From Planctomycetota bacterium (GTDB lineage Bacteria; Planctomycetota; UBA11346), in NCBI GenBank assembly GCA_038213805.1, contig JBBQSO010000006.1, positions 1-64,000 on the forward strand: a stretch of DNA of 64,000 nt. Reading direction: 5' to 3'. This document shows, in pieces, positions 58,000 through 64,000 of this stretch. Below the pieces are notes generated by a model, which did not search any database, was not told the origin of the DNA, and saw nothing but the letters and a program-made list of their open reading frames with translations. Positions within the stretch are counted from its first letter, which is position 1; each line of letters begins with the position of its first letter. The position numbers and the translations under genes were made by a program.

Positions 58000-60225
58000 A
58001 TTTCCCGTCGCAACCGTGATCAGCCGCCGTCCCACCACACCGCCGAGGCCACCCCACCGGCCCAGCCGGCGCTGGCCGCCGCGCGCAGGTCCGCGCTGGG
58101 CCTGCCGGGGCCCGCCTTCCTGCCGGCCCTGGGTGGGCCCATACAGTCCCATGAACCGCTCCTCACCCGGATCCAGGCCATCTGGCTGGCTGCCACGACC
58201 CTGGTGATGCTCGGCATCGCCGCGTACGCCAATTCGTTCGCTGGCCGCTTCATGTTCGACGACACCATGTGGATCGGCGACCCGCCGCCGGCCTTCCACG
58301 ACATCTGGTGGTACACGCAGGGGCTGTTCTTCTCCAGCGGCCGACGCTTCATCGAGCTCACGGCGCAGATCAACTGGGCGCTCGGCCACGAGAACTTGTT
58401 CGGCTGGCACCTCTTCAACGTCAGTGTCCACCTCGGCTGCGGCCTGGCGGTGTTCGGGGTGGCGCGCCGCACCCTGCTCAGCGCCCCCATGGGCGGGCGC
58501 TTCGCCGGCTCGGCGACCTGGCTGGCCTGGGCGATCGCGGCGATCTTCCTGGTCCACCCGCTCAACAGCGAGGCGGTGACCTTCATCTGGCAGCGTGCGC
58601 ACGCGGTGATGGCGCTCTGCCAGATCCTTGCGCTCTACGTCATCATCCGCGCCGACTCCGCTCAGGGCAACGCCCGATGGATCTGTTGGGGCCTCGCCCT
58701 GCTGCTGTGCGACATCGGGCTCGACACCAAGGCGCAGATGGTCGCCATGCCGCTGCTGGTGTTGATCTACGACCGCACCTTCCTCAGCGGCACCTGGACT
58801 ACGCTGGTCGCGCGCAACTGGCCGCTCTACGCCGGACTGGCGGCGGTGTGGGCAGTGAGTGTCGGCAATCTCTCCGCGACCATGGGCGGACCGGGCAGCG
58901 ACATCGGCAGCCGTGGCGTGATGCCCGATGAGCAGGGCAGCGGCACCATGACCCGCCTGGAGTATGCGCGCGCCCAGCCCGAGGTGGTGCTGCGCTATCT
59001 CGGGCTGCTGTTCTGGCCGCGCCAGCTCTGCCTTGACTACGTGTGGGGCATCCCGCCGCTCAGCGCCGCCCTGGTGCCGTGGTTCGCCGGTCTCGCCGCG
59101 CTGGCTGCGGCGTCAGCCCTCGCGCTGTGGCGCTGGCCGCTGTGGGGTTTCCTTGGGGTGTGGTTCTTCCTCAACCTCGGGCCGTCCTCCAGCGTCATCC
59201 CGCGGCCCGACGTGATGGTCGAGCACCGCATGTACGTGCCGATGATCGCCTTGGCCGCGTTGGTGGTGGTTGGCGGCTGGCTGCTCGCCGGGCGCGCCTG
59301 CAAAGACCTGCGCCTCGTCCTGCCGGTGGCGGGTGGAGCGCTGGCGGTGCTAGTGGTCGCGCTCGGTTGGCGCACCGTGGTCCGCAATCAGGATTACCAG
59401 GACCATGAGGTGATGTGGCGTCAGGTCATCGCCGTCTCGCCCAGCAATCCGCGCGCCCACCTCAACCTCGGCACCACCCTCGGTTCGCGCGACCGCCACG
59501 AGGAGGCGCTGGTCGAGTTCGGCCTCGCGGCGAAGTTCAAGGGCATCTACCCGATGGCCCATTACAATCGCGGCACCTCACTCGAAAAACTCAAGCGCAA
59601 CGAGGAGGCGGTCGAGGCCTACCGCGAGGCGACGCGCGAGAACCAGGGCTATGCCGAAGCGTGGAACAACCTCGGCGGCGTGCTCATCACCCTTGGCCGT
59701 CCGGAGGAGTCGCTGGTGCCGCTGCAGCGCGCGATCACTATCCGCGAGAACCAGCAGGCGCCGTACGGCGTCGCCTACAACAACTACGGCAACGCCCTCA
59801 TCCAGCTCGGCAAGGCCAAGGAGGCGCTGCCCTTCCTCGAGAAGGCTGTGCTCTACCGCCCGAAGCTGGCCGAGGCGTGGTACAACCTCGGCAATTCCCA
59901 CGTCGCCTTCGGCGACTTCGCGAAGGCGCTGCCCGCGTACCAGCAGGCCGTGCAGATCAACCCGGACTACGCCGAGGCCCACCACAATCTCGCGCTGATG
60001 CTCGGCAACGCGCGCCGCTACCGCGAAGCTTACGAGCAGGACCGGAAAGCGCTCGAGCTGCGCCCGGTGTACGAGCAGGCCCAGCACACCATCCAGCGCT
60101 GGGAGCTCGCCCTCAAGCAGGGCGACGCAGCTGCGCCCGCGGTGACCCTGCCGTCGGCGCCTGCCGCGCCTGCCGCGCCGAGCGGAGCGCCGGCCCAGAA
60201 CGGGTTGGCGACCGCGGGGAAGTGA
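58000..60225 (+). CDS. TMTC-like GT-C protein O-mannosyltransferase homologue with C-terminal TPRs
   Basis: YANSF.G.FMFDD (DD motif), WHLFNVSVH, FLVHPLNSEAV, YLGLLFWP..LCLDY, EHRMYVP, RTVVRN, ~6 TPRs; start placed at ATT 58000 behind AAGGAG (first canonical start is GTG 58204). Confidence 0.85.
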   Translation: MSRRNRDQPPSHHTAEATPPAQPALAAARRSALGLPGPAFLPALGGPIQSHEPLLTRIQAIWLAATTLVMLGIAAYANSFAGRFMFDDTMWIGDPPPAFHDIWWYTQGLFFSSGRRFIELTAQINWALGHENLFGWHLFNVSVHLGCGLAVFGVARRTLLSAPMGGRFAGSATWLAWAIAAIFLVHPLNSEAVTFIWQRAHAVMALCQILALYVIIRADSAQGNARWICWGLALLLCDIGLDTKAQMVAMPLLVLIYDRTFLSGTWTTLVARNWPLYAGLAAVWAVSVGNLSATMGGPGSDIGSRGVMPDEQGSGTMTRLEYARAQPEVVLRYLGLLFWPRQLCLDYVWGIPPLSAALVPWFAGLAALAAASALALWRWPLWGFLGVWFFLNLGPSSSVIPRPDVMVEHRMYVPMIALAALVVVGGWLLAGRACKDLRLVLPVAGGALAVLVVALGWRTVVRNQDYQDHEVMWRQVIAVSPSNPRAHLNLGTTLGSRDRHEEALVEFGLAAKFKGIYPMAHYNRGTSLEKLKRNEEAVEAYREATRENQGYAEAWNNLGGVLITLGRPEESLVPLQRAITIRENQQAPYGVAYNNYGNALIQLGKAKEALPFLEKAVLYRPKLAEAWYNLGNSHVAFGDFAKALPAYQQAVQINPDYAEAHHNLALMLGNARRYREAYEQDRKALELRPVYEQAQHTIQRWELALKQGDAAAPAVTLPSAPAAPAAPSGAPAQNGLATAGK

Positions 60226-60259
60226 CGCGCTGCAGCGAAGGCGCCAGGGAGGTTGTCCT

Positions 60260-60619
60260 TCACGTCTGGCGCTGGATAAGGGCGCCGAGCATGCGGCCGA
60301 TCTGGGAGATCTCGTCCTGGAGATGCAGTGCCGACGGAGTCGGGCAGAGTCCGATGTCGCATGCGAGGATGAGGTGGCAGCGCAGCTCGCCTGCGGACGC
60401 CTTGGCGATGCGCAGGAAGTAGGCGTACTCGTTACGATTATCGCGTTCCGCGCCCTCGGCGATATTGGCCGCGATGCTGATGGCAGCACGCTGGATCTGA
60501 TCGCGGAACGGGAAGTCGGTGGCGATACGCGTCGTCCGGACGAACCGGTACGTATCCGCCGCGAGTTTCCTGGCCCGCTGCCACACGATGAGATTTTCGA
60601 ATTTCGAAGTCGTCTGCAT
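60260..60619 (-). CDS. Four-helix-bundle protein (23S rRNA IVS-protein/TIGR02436 family)
   Basis: FENLIVWQRA…DQIQRAAISIAANIAEG.ER…FLRIAKASAGE; AAGGAGG RBS. Confidence 0.93.
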   Translation of the reverse strand: MQTTSKFENLIVWQRARKLAADTYRFVRTTRIATDFPFRDQIQRAAISIAANIAEGAERDNRNEYAYFLRIAKASAGELRCHLILACDIGLCPTPSALHLQDEISQIGRMLGALIQRQT

Positions 60620-60804
60620 GGAAACCTCCTTGGGTTCCCACCCCACCACCAGGTCGCGCGCAGGGGTCAAGGACGGCGCGTCCCGCGCCGCCGCGCCCCG
60701 TGGGCGAGGCGCAGCCGGAGCTCCTTGACGCCGAGCACGACCGGTACAATCGATGGAACCGAGGAGATGGGCAACTCCCGGAGCGCGCGCCTCGCGCCTC
60801 GCGC

Positions 60805-62934
<2,130 letters not shown>

Positions 62935-63005
62935 ACTCAGGGATTGGCGCTGCCCCCTGGGAGGCCAGGAAGCTTACCCGATTTTTCCGCACGCAGGTGG
63001 AGCGC

Positions 63006-64000
63006 ATGGCCAGCGAACCGCATCAGGATGACAGGGCGCCGCCAGCGCCGCCGGGCGCGGCTGCACCGTCTGCACCAACCGCGGCGGCCGGCCAGTCCGG
63101 CCGGCCGTCAACACGCTTCCAGCCGGTCCAGCCGCTGCTCATCCCCGGCTTCGGTGAGGAGGGGCAGCAACCGCAGGGGCGTAGCCCGACCCTGCACCCG
63201 TTCACCACCTCGCGCGACCTCAGCCGCGAGCCGACCACCCTGCTGCGCCCCGCGCCCGAGCTCGAGCCCGAGCCGGAGGCGGCGGGACGCGAAGTGACGC
63301 TGCTCGGTGGCGAGGCCGTGCTCGACGGTCGCGAAGCGACCCTCGGCGCCGGCGCGCTGCATGGTCGCGAGGCGACCCTGCTCGGCGCGGTCGGCGGCCG
63401 CGAAGCCACCCCGCTGCGTCCGGCCGGCTCCTTCGCGCTGACCGGTCGCGAACCCACCCTGCGTGGCGCAGCGACGCCGCGCCCGGCGGGCGGCGGCACC
63501 TCGGCGGGCACCGTCGCCGGTGGCGCCGCGGGCGTCACCGGCCGCGAGCCCACCCTGGCCGCGGGCGGCGGCTCGCGCCGTCCCATCACCCAGCCCACCG
63601 ACCTCGGCGGCCGGGCCGGCGCGCCGGCCGCGCCCTCCGGCCGCCCACGCACCGGCAGTGGCACCAGCGTGTCGTTCGACGACGCCTGGCACCTGCAGGG
63701 CCGGCGCGGCCCGCACACTGGCGCCAAATGGGGCGACTTCGAACTCGGCGGCATCCTCGGCGAGGGCGGCATGGGCGCGGTCTACCGCGCCAAGCAGGTC
63801 AGCCTCAAGCGCCGCGTCGCGCTCAAGGTGCTGCCGCCCAACCTCGCCGCCGACGACAAGCTGCTGCAGCGCTTCCACCTCGAGGCGCGCACCTCGTCGA
63901 TCCTCTCGTCGCCGCACGTCGTGCAGGTCTACGCCATCGGCGAGCACGACGGCAACCACTACTTCGCCATGGAATTCGTCGAGGGCACCGACCTCTACGA
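63006..64000 (+). CDS. Hanks-type Ser/Thr protein kinase (partial, runs off the window) with repetitive disordered N-terminus
   Basis: My translation from ATG 63006 (GGTGGAG RBS) is open to the window end: …LGEGGMGAVYRAKQ…VALKVL…RFHLEAR…YFAMEFVEG; absent from the ORF track because it has no stop. Confidence 0.92.
   Translation, partial: MASEPHQDDRAPPAPPGAAAPSAPTAAAGQSGRPSTRFQPVQPLLIPGFGEEGQQPQGRSPTLHPFTTSRDLSREPTTLLRPAPELEPEPEAAGREVTLLGGEAVLDGREATLGAGALHGREATLLGAVGGREATPLRPAGSFALTGREPTLRGAATPRPAGGGTSAGTVAGGAAGVTGREPTLAAGGGSRRPITQPTDLGGRAGAPAAPSGRPRTGSGTSVSFDDAWHLQGRRGPHTGAKWGDFELGGILGEGGMGAVYRAKQVSLKRRVALKVLPPNLAADDKLLQRFHLEARTSSILSSPHVVQVYAIGEHDGNHYFAMEFVEGTDLY

Noticed and set aside
57826..58602. 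N-terminal extension of the 1046-aa ORF in the track
   Set aside because: It overlaps the TMTC-like gene on the opposite strand; the membrane domain begins after ATG 57825
60260..60619. Diversity-generating retroelement (Avd) or 23S rRNA intervening sequence
   Set aside because: No reverse transcriptase, TR/VR pair or rRNA sequence in the window

Overview
GC-rich bacterial window, by inference from a PVC/Planctomycetota-like organism (long RAYT transposases, ASPIC/UnbV protein, multidomain Ser/Thr kinases, Cys-Gly C-terminal sorting motif). (1) 1-12.2 kb is an accessory block: two REP-associated HUH tyrosine transposases with flanking hairpins bracket a secreted glycoside hydrolase-like/LamG protein. 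A small gene between long direct repeats, two secreted beta-helix proteins and a LacI regulator follow. (2) 12-20 kb: CRTAC1/ASPIC protein, methyltransferase, Fsr-type MFS transporter and a TetR-fabF unit with a perfect operator. (3) 20.3-26.1 kb: an eight-gene ADP-ribose/NAD operon (NrtR, PncA, two ADP-ribosylglycohydrolases, an ART-like small protein, PARG, Nudix, KptA) with two tandem NrtR boxes. (4) 26-41 kb: small and housekeeping genes (TauE, transketolase, GNAT, enolase) with intergenic heptamer repeat arrays. (5) 42-60 kb is the best candidate for a new system: a ~4460-aa Thr-rich protein of 46 Ig-like domains, an O-antigen-ligase/O-OTase-like gene, and a TMTC-type O-mannosyltransferase-like TPR gene that appears to start at ATT. 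(6) 60-64 kb: a four-helix-bundle gene and a divergent kinase pair, one with an FHA domain and one with a GRExTL Thr-repeat array. No rRNA, tRNA or CRISPR array was recognised. All family calls are by motif recognition; no database search was run.
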